NCBI GenBank assembly: GCA_944393225.1
Contig: CALXZK010000003.1
Span: 7,853 to 71,852 of the forward strand
Origin: an uncultured Alphaproteobacteria bacterium
Lineage (GTDB): Bacteria > Pseudomonadota > Alphaproteobacteria > RF32 > CAG-239
DNA length: 64,000 nucleotides
Direction of reading: 5' to 3'
Shown: piece after piece, positions 26,154 through 35,358 of the stretch
How positions within the stretch are numbered: position 1 is the stretch's first letter
Layout: each line of letters begins with the position of its first letter
Made by a program: the position numbers and the translations under genes
The notes under the pieces: model-generated
What the model was told of the DNA's origin: nothing
What the model saw: only the letters and a program-made list of their open reading frames with translations
Databases searched by the model: none

Positions 26154-26792
26154 ATGAAAAAATTTTTTAGCTCCCCAGCTTTTTATGTTTTTACAATTGT
26201 TTCTGTAGTTGTTATAATTTTTTACTCTGTATTCAAACTAATGAATAGCAGTTTAAAACAAGAAACAAAGTTTATAAAAGATGGTATAACATTAACGGTA
26301 AATATCCAAGGATCGACAAGTAGTTCAATTTTTGATTGGACTAATTACAAGGGATATTATGCAACATCAGTCAAGGAGGCCTTTAGAGTCTATTCTTTTG
26401 ATGCGATCTTAAATGATCAGGCTGCCGTTACAGCCTATGCAGATTCTGTTTTCTATCAGGAAACGGGCGTTAAAGCTTTTGCTTCAATAGAGATTACATT
26501 GCCGGAAAACGTAGAAAAAGCTCTGGCTGCAAAAAAAATTGCTGAATTAGAACTTCAGGCAGTGCGTTATCAAATTGCAAAAGATAGCCTAATTTCCATT
26601 GCGGCAAAAACTGATGCGCATGGTTATACAGCTGAAGCCGAACGACTGGAAAATCGTCGTGACCAGCGTCTTAACTCTGTCAAAAACAGAGAAAGTAACG
26701 AGAGGATTGAAATTCGTAAAGCGAAAACTTTAGAAGAAGCCGCATCTAATGTCGGTTTCTTAAGCGGAGATCTGACTGTCGTTCAAAAGTAA
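26154..26792 (+). CDS. Hypothetical membrane-anchored protein (N-terminal TM helix, helical Ala/Glu/Arg-rich C-terminus)
   Basis: FYVFTIVSVVVIIFYSVF is a TM helix. I recognise no family with confidence; there is a vague resemblance to the SPFH/band-7 C-terminal helical region. Confidence 0.5.
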   Translation: MKKFFSSPAFYVFTIVSVVVIIFYSVFKLMNSSLKQETKFIKDGITLTVNIQGSTSSSIFDWTNYKGYYATSVKEAFRVYSFDAILNDQAAVTAYADSVFYQETGVKAFASIEITLPENVEKALAAKKIAELELQAVRYQIAKDSLISIAAKTDAHGYTAEAERLENRRDQRLNSVKNRESNERIEIRKAKTLEEAASNVGFLSGDLTVVQK

Positions 26793-26804
26793 ATAAGCTA
26801 ATTA

Positions 26805-26837
26805 AAACGCCCCGATTGTTCTTAATCGAGGCGTTTT
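26805..26837. terminator. Bidirectional terminator between convergent genes (copy B of the repeated hairpin)
   Basis: AAACGCCCCGATT-gttctt-AATCGAGGCGTTT. It shares 30 of 34 positions with copy A. Confidence 0.6.
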
Positions 26838-26844
26838 GCTTATC

Positions 26845-27711
26845 TTATTTTTGCAACAATTTGCCTTTTTGCAAAAACTCCGGAAGTTGCGGCAGTTTTG
26901 AGGCTCCGGCGGCTTTTTTGTGTCCGCCACCACCAAAGCTCATGGCAATTTTTGAAACATCGACATTATTTTTTTCTGTATAAAAAGATAAATTCCACTG
27001 ATTTTTCTTGTTCATATAAAAATTAACCATCATGTCATAGTCTTTAATATTATCAACAGAATCAAAAAACTCAGAATAACCTTGCGGCATATTCGCGCAT
27101 ATACAACGCAAACCTTTATATTCACTCTCAAAAGCAATGCAACGAACCAAACGATAGTTTCTGACCTTTATCCAAGATAAAATGGCTTTACCTTTTTCTA
27201 CCGTTTCTTCAATATCAATCTCATTATTTATCAGTTTTTGCCAAATTTCATCTTGCGGTTTGTTAACTCCCATGGATTGAATGGCATATTCAAACGGACG
27301 AACTCTCTCATCTTCCAGCATAAATAAGTCATTCAAGCCCAAGAGCTTGATACCTTCCGGCAAAGGTTTATCGGGATAAAAATATTCCCAAGTCAGGCAC
27401 ATGGCTGCCGTCCCTACTCTTCTTAACCCCTTAATCTCCGGTTTGCCATTTTTAACAGCTTCTTCATATTCATTAATGATGGAAACATGGTGATCAATCC
27501 ATGTGAAATCTTTGGTTTCATTCAGCTCAAACATAAAGTCCAGAGGCAAAGCAATATCGCAGACAATGATTTTATCATGCTTTTTGATTTCATCATAAGG
27601 AATATCCATATCATGATTAAGACCAAAGCATTCTATTTCGGGATAAATACTTTTAACAATTCCGGCAGAACCTTTGCCATCATGATCCGCAACGTGATAA
27701 ATACATAACAT
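26845..27711 (-). CDS. DHH/DHHA1-family phosphoesterase (NrnA-like)
   Basis: HVADHDGKGS (motif I), VCDIALP (motif II), WIDHH (DHH motif), GGGHKKAAGA (DHHA1 GGGH motif). Confidence 0.7.
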   Translation of the reverse strand: MLCIYHVADHDGKGSAGIVKSIYPEIECFGLNHDMDIPYDEIKKHDKIIVCDIALPLDFMFELNETKDFTWIDHHVSIINEYEEAVKNGKPEIKGLRRVGTAAMCLTWEYFYPDKPLPEGIKLLGLNDLFMLEDERVRPFEYAIQSMGVNKPQDEIWQKLINNEIDIEETVEKGKAILSWIKVRNYRLVRCIAFESEYKGLRCICANMPQGYSEFFDSVDNIKDYDMMVNFYMNKKNQWNLSFYTEKNNVDVSKIAMSFGGGGHKKAAGASKLPQLPEFLQKGKLLQK

Positions 27712-27748
27712 ATTACTTTTCCTTCTCTTTATTTATTTTTTTATCAAC

Positions 27749-28618
27749 TTACCATTCAATTTTCATTCCGTCAAATGCCGGAGTTACAAAATCGGGTGTT
27801 CTTTCATTTATTTCATCATAATCACATTCTGTTGCCATATGATTAATGACGGCTTTTTCGGGATTGATTTTTTCAATAACCTTCATCACCATATCAAAAC
27901 CGGCATGTCCTCTCTGCTCAAACGGCGTGGTTAAAGGAATGACCAATAATTTTGGACGAACATTTATCTGCTCAAATGCTGATGACGGAAGCGTTTTAAA
28001 ATCCGATATATGAACATATTCTCCATCATTAAAAGCATAGCCGATGGAGGGAACATTGTGCCCCATTTGTTTTAACGGAGTGATTTTTACATTATTAATA
28101 TAAAACGGATGATTGCTCTTAATCTCCGTAAACTTAAAACTCGGCGTATAAAAAACATTCTTTTTCTTAGAAAGCAATGTATCCACTAAATAAGAAAATC
28201 TTTTACGAATGACTTTAGTGGTTACTTTATCGGCATAGCAACGAATGCTCAAATCGCCGATTTTATCTAAGCTGTTAAAATTATAATTTCCATGGTGATA
28301 AGCAATTTCGCCTTGGGCTTGATAAGCTTCGTGCAGACGAATGCGGTTAATTTCGCGCAAATCATCAATACCATGCAAATGGTCGGCATGGGCATGTGTA
28401 TATAATACGGCATCCAAGTGTTTGATGTCGTTATCCAGCAGATGTTGTCTGATATCAGGCGAAGTATCTATCAAAAATTTGGTATCATCAATCTCAACAT
28501 AAGTATCCGTGCGGGTGCGAATATTTTTTTTGTTGCTTGCATTACAATCTCCCCATCCGCAACTTAAAGACGGAACTCCGGGGGCTGCCCCTGCACCAAG
28601 AATAATTACCTTAGCCAT
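27749..28618 (-). CDS. MBL-fold metallo-hydrolase (PhnP/GPMBL-like)
   Basis: YTHAHADHLHGIDDL (HxHxDH) and a downstream His/Asp ligand pattern. Confidence 0.75.
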   Translation of the reverse strand: MAKVIILGAGAAPGVPSLSCGWGDCNASNKKNIRTRTDTYVEIDDTKFLIDTSPDIRQHLLDNDIKHLDAVLYTHAHADHLHGIDDLREINRIRLHEAYQAQGEIAYHHGNYNFNSLDKIGDLSIRCYADKVTTKVIRKRFSYLVDTLLSKKKNVFYTPSFKFTEIKSNHPFYINNVKITPLKQMGHNVPSIGYAFNDGEYVHISDFKTLPSSAFEQINVRPKLLVIPLTTPFEQRGHAGFDMVMKVIEKINPEKAVINHMATECDYDEINERTPDFVTPAFDGMKIEW

Positions 28619-29412
28619 TAGAACTCATATCTCCCTTTATCACTGGCTTTTCTAAACAATCTGAAAAAGTTGTCAGAAGTGATTTCGGCAATTTTATCCA
28701 AGCTCAAGCCTCTGATTTGAGCTAATTTTTCTGCCGTATGCAAAACGAAAGCAGGCTCGTTTCTTCTACCTCTTAACGGAACAGGAGCTAAAAACGGCGA
28801 ATCTGTTTCGACTAACAATCTATCTTCGGGAACTTCGGCAAAAATATCGCGCAAATCACCTGACTTGTTGAAAGTGATGATTCCCGAAGCCGATAAATAA
28901 AAACCTATCGACAAAGCATAGTCAGCCAAAGCTTTACCAGATGAAAAACAATGCAGCTCTCCGGTAAAAGGCTTTTGTTTATACATTTCATCTAAAACGG
29001 AAATAGTGTCTTCATCGGCATCGCGGGTATGAATAATCAGCGGCAAACCCGTTTCTTGTGCTGCTTTTATCTGCTCTTTGAAAACTTTTATCTGCACATC
29101 TTTGGGGGAATAGTCATAGTAATAATCCAAGCCACATTCTCCGATAGCTACGATTTTTTTATGCTCGGCTTGTTTGATAAAGTCTTCAGCGGTAATATTT
29201 TCATATTCACTTGCATTGTGCGGATGAACACCAACTGCCGTATAGATAAACGGATATTTTTCCGATAGTTCCAATTGAGCCTCAATTTCTCCGATATTGT
29301 TACCGGCATTGAGCATGGTCGTAACACCGTTTTCTTTGGCGCGCTCAATCATTTCGGCAAAATCTTCTGCAAAATCGTCATAAGTCAAATGACAATGGCT
29401 ATCTACTAACAT
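28618..29412 (-). CDS. tatD: TatD-family metal-dependent hydrolase/DNase
   Basis: MLVDSHCHL, GVHPH, IGECGLDY, IIHTRDA, ETDSPFLAP. Confidence 0.88.
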   Translation of the reverse strand: MLVDSHCHLTYDDFAEDFAEMIERAKENGVTTMLNAGNNIGEIEAQLELSEKYPFIYTAVGVHPHNASEYENITAEDFIKQAEHKKIVAIGECGLDYYYDYSPKDVQIKVFKEQIKAAQETGLPLIIHTRDADEDTISVLDEMYKQKPFTGELHCFSSGKALADYALSIGFYLSASGIITFNKSGDLRDIFAEVPEDRLLVETDSPFLAPVPLRGRRNEPAFVLHTAEKLAQIRGLSLDKIAEITSDNFFRLFRKASDKGRYEF

Positions 29413-29413
29413 T

Positions 29414-30472
29414 CTATATCCTTTTACACAAATTGACGATTATATTCATCAAAGCTTGACGCTTGTCCAAATTAAGACCTGCGGTTTCGCTGAATATTTT
29501 TATTGTTTCATCCCAAGATTTGGCAAACTCTTCCAAATTTGCGGTTTGATGAACATTTTCGGCAATAAATTTTAAAATCAATTCTTGTGCCAAATCATAG
29601 CTTTCATCATCGGCACTATATGTATTGCAAAAATCTAACACATCACCAAGAACAAATTTATCTCTGGCATACACAATCTTACTCAATTTTTGATAGACAT
29701 TCAAGGCATCATTATCAGCATACATAATTGCTTTGCCAATGCTTCCTGAAGATAATTCCGCCAGTTCCTTGACATCTTTTTCGTTCAACTCCGGTCGATA
29801 TCTTCTGAGCAAAGATGCAACGTCATTTTCTGTCAACGGATGCAGATTGAGTTTGGCGCATCTGGACTTGATGGTCGGAAGCAAACGATTTGGGTTATGA
29901 CTTATCAAAAGCATCAAAGTTTTGTGCGGCGGCTCTTCCAATATTTTTAAAATGGCGTTGGCGCTGGCGGTGTTCATATCATCAATACTATCAATTATCA
30001 CAACGCGCCAACCATCATTACCGGAGCGCTTAGCCAAAAATTCATTGACAGTACGCACATCATCAATGCGAATAAATGCCGATTTTTTCAAGCCTTTCAA
30101 CTCGTCATCGCTTAATTGTTCACCGTCTTTAATGGCTTTGAGGACTTTCTTTTTATCGGTATCAGTATAATCTCTCTCAATGATTTTCAAATCAGGATGA
30201 GAGTTGTTTGACACCAAATTAAATACGCCGGAATCTTCCGGAATATTCAAAGAAGTATAAGAATCCTTTTTAGCGTAATCGGCATATAAAACAAAACGAG
30301 CAAATTTGTAAGCCAATGTGGCTTTGCCGATACCTTCAATTCCCGAAAACAGCCATGAATTGTGCAAAGTTTTGTTCTTCCAAGCATCAAGCAAGAATTG
30401 TTCTTCTTTTTCAAAGCCCAAAAGATAACTATTTTTTCGCGGAATTAAATCAGATGTATCGCTTTGCGCCAT
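29414..30472 (-). CDS. holB: DNA polymerase III subunit delta prime
   Basis: HNSWLFSGIEGIGKATLAYKFA (degenerate Walker A), VVIIDSIDDMNTASANAILKILEEPP, TIKSRC. It sits between tmk and tatD, as in many bacteria. Confidence 0.85.
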   Translation of the reverse strand: MAQSDTSDLIPRKNSYLLGFEKEEQFLLDAWKNKTLHNSWLFSGIEGIGKATLAYKFARFVLYADYAKKDSYTSLNIPEDSGVFNLVSNNSHPDLKIIERDYTDTDKKKVLKAIKDGEQLSDDELKGLKKSAFIRIDDVRTVNEFLAKRSGNDGWRVVIIDSIDDMNTASANAILKILEEPPHKTLMLLISHNPNRLLPTIKSRCAKLNLHPLTENDVASLLRRYRPELNEKDVKELAELSSGSIGKAIMYADNDALNVYQKLSKIVYARDKFVLGDVLDFCNTYSADDESYDLAQELILKFIAENVHQTANLEEFAKSWDETIKIFSETAGLNLDKRQALMNIIVNLCKRI

Positions 30473-31125
30473 TAGCTTAAATTAAACCTTTCCGTAACTA
30501 TTTTAACAATTTCTTGATGCAAATCTTCAATTGATTTGTCGGCATTCAACACGATAAAGCGTTCGGGTTCTTTTTTAGCCATTTCCAAATAACCGTTGCG
30601 TAAGTTATTGTGAAATTCCAAGGCACGGCTTTCATGTCTGGTTTCTTTCACAGTCATCTGTCCGGCTTTGGCAAGAGAACGCGCCAAACCGATTTCCGGA
30701 TTGATGTCTAACAAAATCGTTAAATCGGGTTTAAAATCGCCAACGGTTAGTTTATACAAGTTTTCCAAAGTTTGATAAGGAACTCTTTTGTTGTAGCCAT
30801 AATATTGGTAAGCAACGGTTGAATCGGCAAATCTGTCACTTAAAACCCATTTACCTTCTTCCAATGCCGGCCAAACTTTTTTGGTCATGTGAATGCGTCT
30901 GTCGGCATAATAAAGCAAAGCTTCGGCAACAGCATCCATCTTGTCTTTATCTCCGGTTACTAAAATGCGGCGCAACTCTTGTCCGACTTCAGTGCCTCCC
31001 GGTTCTTTGGTGGTTACCACCGGAATATTCAATTGCGACAAAAAATCTGCCAAAAGCTTGAGTTGGGTTGACTTTCCGGTCCCTTCCCCACCTTCAAAGG
31101 TGATAAAAAGCCCTTTTTGCGCCAT
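30472..31125 (-). CDS. tmk: dTMP (thymidylate) kinase
   Basis: GLFITFEGGEGTGKSTQ P-loop, TKEPGGT, DRFADST. Confidence 0.92.
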   Translation of the reverse strand: MAQKGLFITFEGGEGTGKSTQLKLLADFLSQLNIPVVTTKEPGGTEVGQELRRILVTGDKDKMDAVAEALLYYADRRIHMTKKVWPALEEGKWVLSDRFADSTVAYQYYGYNKRVPYQTLENLYKLTVGDFKPDLTILLDINPEIGLARSLAKAGQMTVKETRHESRALEFHNNLRNGYLEMAKKEPERFIVLNADKSIEDLHQEIVKIVTERFNLS

Positions 31126-32297
31126 TATTCTGCTCCAAACAATAAATATTTGATGTTTTCCATGATTTTACCAAACCAGCCCAATTTTTTGACATCTTGT
31201 GAAGCAATCAACGGTACTTCAACCGTGTTGCGTCCGGGGATTTCAACACGGACGAAGCCCAATTTGTCACCTTGGGCAATCGGGGCTTTTACCGGTTTGT
31301 CATAAACGGCTGTCATTCTTACTTTAGAGGCTTTGCTCTTTTTGATGGTTGTGACAACATCTTGATTTACCAACAAATCGACACTCTTTTCTTCGCCGAA
31401 CCAAACCGGAACTTCTGCCACTTTTTGACCTTGTTTCAAAATCTTATAGTTATCAAACTCTCTAAAGCCCCAGTTCATGATTTTTTCAGCTTCTTCAGAG
31501 CGTTCCTTATTGGAAGACAAACCGCTCATAACGCTAATCAAACGTCTATCACCTCTTTTGGCAGAACCGGTTAAGCAAAAGCCTGCTTCTTCGGTATGAC
31601 CTGTTTTCAAGCCATCAGCTTCCGGCATGCTGTATAATAACGGGTTGCGGTTGCCTTGTCTGATGTTGTTATGTGTAAAGTTTCTTTCTGAAAAGATGTG
31701 ATAATATTCCGGAAATTCCTTAATGATGATACGAGCCAATTTAGCCAAATCTTCAACAGACATTCTTTGATCCGGATGCGGCCATCCTGTGGCGTTGGCA
31801 AATGAAGAATTGTTCATGCCCAAGCGTTTGGCTGTATCATTCATCATGCGGGCAAAATCTTCTTCCGAACCGGCAATATTTTCAGCCGCAACGATGCAAG
31901 CATCATTGCCGGATTGAACAATGATACCTTGAATCAAATCACCGACGCGAACTTTTTCTTTCACATTCAAAAACATTGTGGAACTACCGCTGGCTGCTCC
32001 GCCTTTACGCCATGCATTTTCACTGACGGTAAAGACATCATCTTCGCTCAAAGAACCGTCTTTGAGTTTGGAGAAAATAATATAAACAGTCATCAATTTG
32101 CTCATTGATGCCGGAGGAATCATTTTTTGAGCATCTTTAGTGTACAAATACTCTCCGGTTTCATAATCCATCAAAATCAAGTTTTTAGCTTTGGTTTCAA
32201 TAGCTTGAGCCATAGAAACGTTACCTAAGATAACGCCTGAAACAATTAAGGTTGAAAGATATAACTTGCTTTTTGATAACATTTTTAAGTTCCTCAT
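31125..32297 (-). CDS. dacC: D-alanyl-D-alanine carboxypeptidase (PBP5/6 class, S11)
   Basis: Signal peptide, PASMSKLMT (SxxK), SGND (SxN), KTGHT (KTG). The gene symbol is by class only. Confidence 0.85.
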   Translation of the reverse strand: MRNLKMLSKSKLYLSTLIVSGVILGNVSMAQAIETKAKNLILMDYETGEYLYTKDAQKMIPPASMSKLMTVYIIFSKLKDGSLSEDDVFTVSENAWRKGGAASGSSTMFLNVKEKVRVGDLIQGIIVQSGNDACIVAAENIAGSEEDFARMMNDTAKRLGMNNSSFANATGWPHPDQRMSVEDLAKLARIIIKEFPEYYHIFSERNFTHNNIRQGNRNPLLYSMPEADGLKTGHTEEAGFCLTGSAKRGDRRLISVMSGLSSNKERSEEAEKIMNWGFREFDNYKILKQGQKVAEVPVWFGEEKSVDLLVNQDVVTTIKKSKASKVRMTAVYDKPVKAPIAQGDKLGFVRVEIPGRNTVEVPLIASQDVKKLGWFGKIMENIKYLLFGAE

Positions 32298-32307
32298 TTA
32301 TTTTATA

Positions 32308-33171
32308 TTATTCGCTAATCAATGTTGCATCGGTTAATCCGGCATTGCGGATTCTTGCCAAAGCCGTATCTGCGGCAGATTGCTCACTGAAGGGACCGAC
32401 ACGAACACGATAGAAGGTGCTGCCGTTTACATCTGCCGGCATAATTTTAATTTGACCATATCTTTGCAATTGATTTTTCAAATTTTCGGCCGTGTTCATA
32501 TTTGAGAAAGAACCGGCTTGAACATAATATCCGCCACTGGCTGCACTTGCTACATTGGGGGTATAGTTTGTGTAAGCACTAACTTTTTTCTTTGGAATGG
32601 TGATGATTTTTCCGGTATTGGACTTTTTGCTTGCAGAAGCATAAGTTGTTGCGCTTTTACCGGTTAAAGCAGCTTTCAAAGCTTTACTTTCCTCTGCCAT
32701 GATTTCAACTTTTACTTTGGCTGTACCTTGAGTTTGAAAACCAAGCAATTGAGAAGCTCTTTTTGAAACATCAATGATTCGATTTTTAGCAAAAGGACCG
32801 CGGTCATTCACGCGCAAAACCAAAGAGCGACCGTTTTCAAGGTTGGTTACACGTACAATAGAAGGCAAAGGTAAGGTTCTGTGTGCTGCCGTCAATGTAT
32901 TCATATCATAAATTTCGCCATTTGCGGTATATTTGGCGTGAAAATCTTTGCCATACCAAGAAGCAGTTCCGGTTTCAACATAATCATAGTCTTCTTCCGG
33001 ATAATACCATTTGCCGCTGATTTGGTAAGGTTTTCCCACCTTATATGTGCCACCTTTGCCGCTGATTGCTGCTGATTGTGAATATAAATCGAGCTTATCA
33101 CTGGCGCATGATGTCAAAAACATTGTTGCACAAGACAAAACGATAAATAATTTGCTTTTTTGTAGTTTCAT
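32308..33171 (-). CDS. rlpA: Septal ring lytic transglycosylase RlpA-family lipoprotein with a C-terminal SPOR domain
   Basis: Lipobox LTSCAS. DPBB core GTASWYGKDFHAKYTANGEIYDMNTLTAAHRTLPLPSIVRVTNLENGRSLVLRVNDRGPF. The SPOR-like end is YYVQAGSFSNMNTAENL...FYRVRVGPF. Confidence 0.88.
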   Translation of the reverse strand: MKLQKSKLFIVLSCATMFLTSCASDKLDLYSQSAAISGKGGTYKVGKPYQISGKWYYPEEDYDYVETGTASWYGKDFHAKYTANGEIYDMNTLTAAHRTLPLPSIVRVTNLENGRSLVLRVNDRGPFAKNRIIDVSKRASQLLGFQTQGTAKVKVEIMAEESKALKAALTGKSATTYASASKKSNTGKIITIPKKKVSAYTNYTPNVASAASGGYYVQAGSFSNMNTAENLKNQLQRYGQIKIMPADVNGSTFYRVRVGPFSEQSAADTALARIRNAGLTDATLISE

Positions 33172-33242
33172 AATCTTCCTATTCTTTTCTCAAATAAATT
33201 TGGGTTTAATCTAAACTGATTTTTAGCTTTCGTAAAGAAGCT

Positions 33243-34520
33243 TTACTGTTGCTTGTGTAATTTTTTCGGCGGTACGGGAATGGCAAAACCAACTTCCGGA
33301 TTATATTGTTTGATTCTCTCAATCAATACGGCATCGGGATAACCGTCTTGCGGCATTTGCGCTTTACCCTGCACTTTTTTAATTGCTTCTCGGGTCTGGG
33401 TACCCAGCATGCCGTCTTCATCAAGCTTTTTATCAAACCAGCCAAGGCTGTTAATAAAGCTTTGAATTTGCAAAATATCATCCGTTCTTAATCTAACTGC
33501 CGGATTTTCTTTGACCGGTTGCCATGTCTTGCCGGTACGAATATAGTCTGCCAACAAACCAATTGCCAATGCATAATTTTCGGAACGATTCCAAATCATT
33601 ATCTTGTTAAAATTATTCAACACCAGATAGGCATTTCCTTTTTTTCCCTCAGGGACAATAACAGCCGCTTTAATGTCTTCTGCAGGCAATTTTTGTCCTT
33701 TTAGCGGTTTTATGCCCATTTTTTTCCATTCTTTGACGGTTTTAATGTTTTTGCGTCCGCTGTTTTTGAAGTCAAAGTTCCAAGGCAGAGTGACTTGTTG
33801 TCCCCATTCTTGATTCTTGTTCCAACCTATTTTTGACAAATAGTTAGCGGCTGATGCTGCGGCATCTTCCAAAGAATACCAAATATCAATTGTATTATCG
33901 TTGTTATAATCAACGGCATAAGCATTAAATGTTGAAGGCATGAACTGGAAATTACCCATCGCCCCTGCCCATGAGCCTTGCATTTTGGTATGATCAATGT
34001 TCCATGTATCAATAATTTTCAAGGCTTGATATAATTCTTCTTTGAAAAACTTTGGTCTTCTTTGGTCATAGCTCAAGGTTGTTAAAGCTTCTATCACATC
34101 ATAACCACCGAAATTTTGCCCAAAATTGGTTTCAACGCCCCAAAATGCAATAATATAATGTGGTTGAACACCATATTTATCGGAAATCGGCTTTAAAATC
34201 GGGTAAAGCTCTTTATATTTTTTCTGTGCAGTTTCTACTCTCTTTTTATTTACAACCCGATTAAGATAAGCCGTTGATGTTAAAGCAAACTCGGCTTGTT
34301 TGCGGTCAATTTTTACAACTTCGGGATTGGGTTTGTAATAATTGTCTTCATAAACCTTATCAACGGTTTTTTGAGAGATTCCTCTTTCAACCATCTCTTG
34401 TTTTAAGTTATCCAGCCAATCTAAATATTCTTGCGGAGCTTGCGGCGTAGATGATGCACAAGCTGCCGTACTGAACAACAATAAAGCAGACAACCCTATG
34501 ATATGTCCTGAAAAACGCAT
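33243..34520 (-). CDS. Lytic murein transglycosylase (MltB/Slt35 family) with a C-terminal peptidoglycan-binding domain
   Basis: IIAFWGVETNFG, GSWAGAMGNFQFMPSTF, and a C-terminal PG_binding_1-like segment DGMLGTQTREAIKKVQ. Confidence 0.85.
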   Translation of the reverse strand: MRFSGHIIGLSALLLFSTAACASSTPQAPQEYLDWLDNLKQEMVERGISQKTVDKVYEDNYYKPNPEVVKIDRKQAEFALTSTAYLNRVVNKKRVETAQKKYKELYPILKPISDKYGVQPHYIIAFWGVETNFGQNFGGYDVIEALTTLSYDQRRPKFFKEELYQALKIIDTWNIDHTKMQGSWAGAMGNFQFMPSTFNAYAVDYNNDNTIDIWYSLEDAAASAANYLSKIGWNKNQEWGQQVTLPWNFDFKNSGRKNIKTVKEWKKMGIKPLKGQKLPAEDIKAAVIVPEGKKGNAYLVLNNFNKIMIWNRSENYALAIGLLADYIRTGKTWQPVKENPAVRLRTDDILQIQSFINSLGWFDKKLDEDGMLGTQTREAIKKVQGKAQMPQDGYPDAVLIERIKQYNPEVGFAIPVPPKKLHKQQ

Positions 34521-34662
34521 ATTTTACCCCTGATAAATCTTTTTTGTTTTAGAGATATTAAACGCGATTGTTTTAGAAAACCTTAATTTAAATGTTAAAA
34601 AATTGTTTTTCTTAAAAATATAGGTATGTAAAAATTTTTTTTGAAAAATGTAAAAAAAAGTC

Positions 34663-34691
34663 TTGACCTTTTTAATTCTTTTGAGTAAAAA
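34663..34691 (+). promoter_or_regulatory. Candidate promoter for tRNA-Ser
   Basis: TTGACC (34663-34668), 17-nt spacer, TAAAAA (34686-34691), about 25 nt upstream of the tRNA 5' end. Confidence 0.4.
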
Positions 34692-34715
34692 GTCTTTCAG
34701 AAATCGCAAGACATT

Positions 34716-34805
34716 GGAGAGGTGGCAGAGCGGTTTAATGCAGCGGTCTTGAAAACCGTCGTGGGGGCGACCCCACCCAGAGTTCGAATCTCTGCCTCTC
34801 CGCCA
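34716..34805 (+). tRNA. tRNA-Ser (anticodon UGA), long variable arm, CCA encoded
   Basis: GGAGAGG-TG-GCAGAGCGGTTTAATGC-A-GCGGT-CTTGAAA-ACCGT-C-GTGGGGGCGACCCCACC-CAGAGTTCGAATCTCTG-CCTCTCC-G-CCA. Confidence 0.92.
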
Positions 34806-34813
34806 TTTTAGTA

Positions 34814-34843
34814 AAAACGACCTTATTTTAAGGTCGTTTTTTT
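34814..34843 (+). terminator. Rho-independent terminator after tRNA-Ser
   Basis: AAAACGACCTTA-ttt-TAAGGTCGTTTT forms a perfect 12-bp stem followed by a T run. Confidence 0.75.
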
Positions 34844-34858
34844 GTTTGAAGGTACGTG

Positions 34859-34928
34859 CAGAGGTTCGAACTCTGGAGAAAGAGTTTGAGCAAAAGCTTT
34901 TAGGCAAACTTGTACCGTCGCCATTTTA
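34859..34928 (+). pseudogene. Fragmentary copy of a tRNA 3' end (T-arm plus a CGCCATTTTA tail), a possible att-site remnant
   Basis: CAGAG-GTTCGAA-CTCTG (34859-34875) is a perfect T-arm closely resembling the tRNA-Ser T-arm CAGAG-TTCGAAT-CTCTG. CGCCATTTTA (34919-34928) repeats exactly the last 5 nt of tRNA-Ser plus 5 nt of its downstream flank (34801-34810). Confidence 0.4.
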
Positions 34929-34962
34929 TAAGAAAATGCGACTTTGTTTCATATAAAAAGAT

Positions 34963-35247
34963 TTAATTTAAATCACCAAAAAAGAGGCTTATTTCTTTTG
35001 CGCGCTGTTTGATTAAATCTATATTTGGACTGTTTGCATTTATCCAGTTCCAATTATGAAAAGCTTTGTCCCAATGCTGATATTCGATTGCTCTTTTCAG
35101 ATGAGATGTTTCAAAATTATCTTGCCCGATACTTGAAATTAAACTATACAGCGCTTCTTTCTGATTTTTTGTAAATTCACCTTTGGGAAGTATAATCGGT
35201 TGCACTTTATTTTTAATAAGTTGACCCATGATTTCCTCCTTTTGCAT
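34963..35247 (-). pseudogene. C-terminal fragment of a GH24 (phage T4/lambda-type) lysozyme; the catalytic N-terminal half is missing
   Basis: TKNQKEALYSLISSIGQDNFETSHLKRAIEYQHWDKAFHNWNWINANSPNIDLIKQRAKEISLFF parallels the GH24 tail (QFDALVSFAFNVGxGNFxxSTLLRKLNxGDYxxAAxEFxxWxxAGGKxxxGLxxRRxxExxLF). No Glu/Asp/Thr catalytic region lies upstream. Confidence 0.45.
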
Positions 35248-35294
35248 GATGTGAAAATCAACTTTATTTTAATGATAAAATTTTGATTTGTCAT

Positions 35295-35333
35295 CAAAAA
35301 AAAGAGAGGACGAAAGTTCGTTCTCTCTTTTTT
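35295..35333 (-). terminator. Rho-independent terminator for the outer-membrane protein gene
   Basis: GAGAGGACGA-aagt-TCGTTCTCTC forms a 10-bp stem with one G-U pair. It is flanked by an A run and a T run, so the minus strand has a U tract. Confidence 0.7.
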
Positions 35334-35358
35334 GCAAAGGTTTTAACTTTATATTATT

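Noticed and set aside
34524-34907. A 127-aa minus-strand ORF in the supplied track
   Set aside because: It runs antisense straight through tRNA-Ser, its promoter and its terminator. The peptide is low-complexity and Lys/Phe-rich, and the tRNA explains the sequence conservation. It is a spurious ORF.
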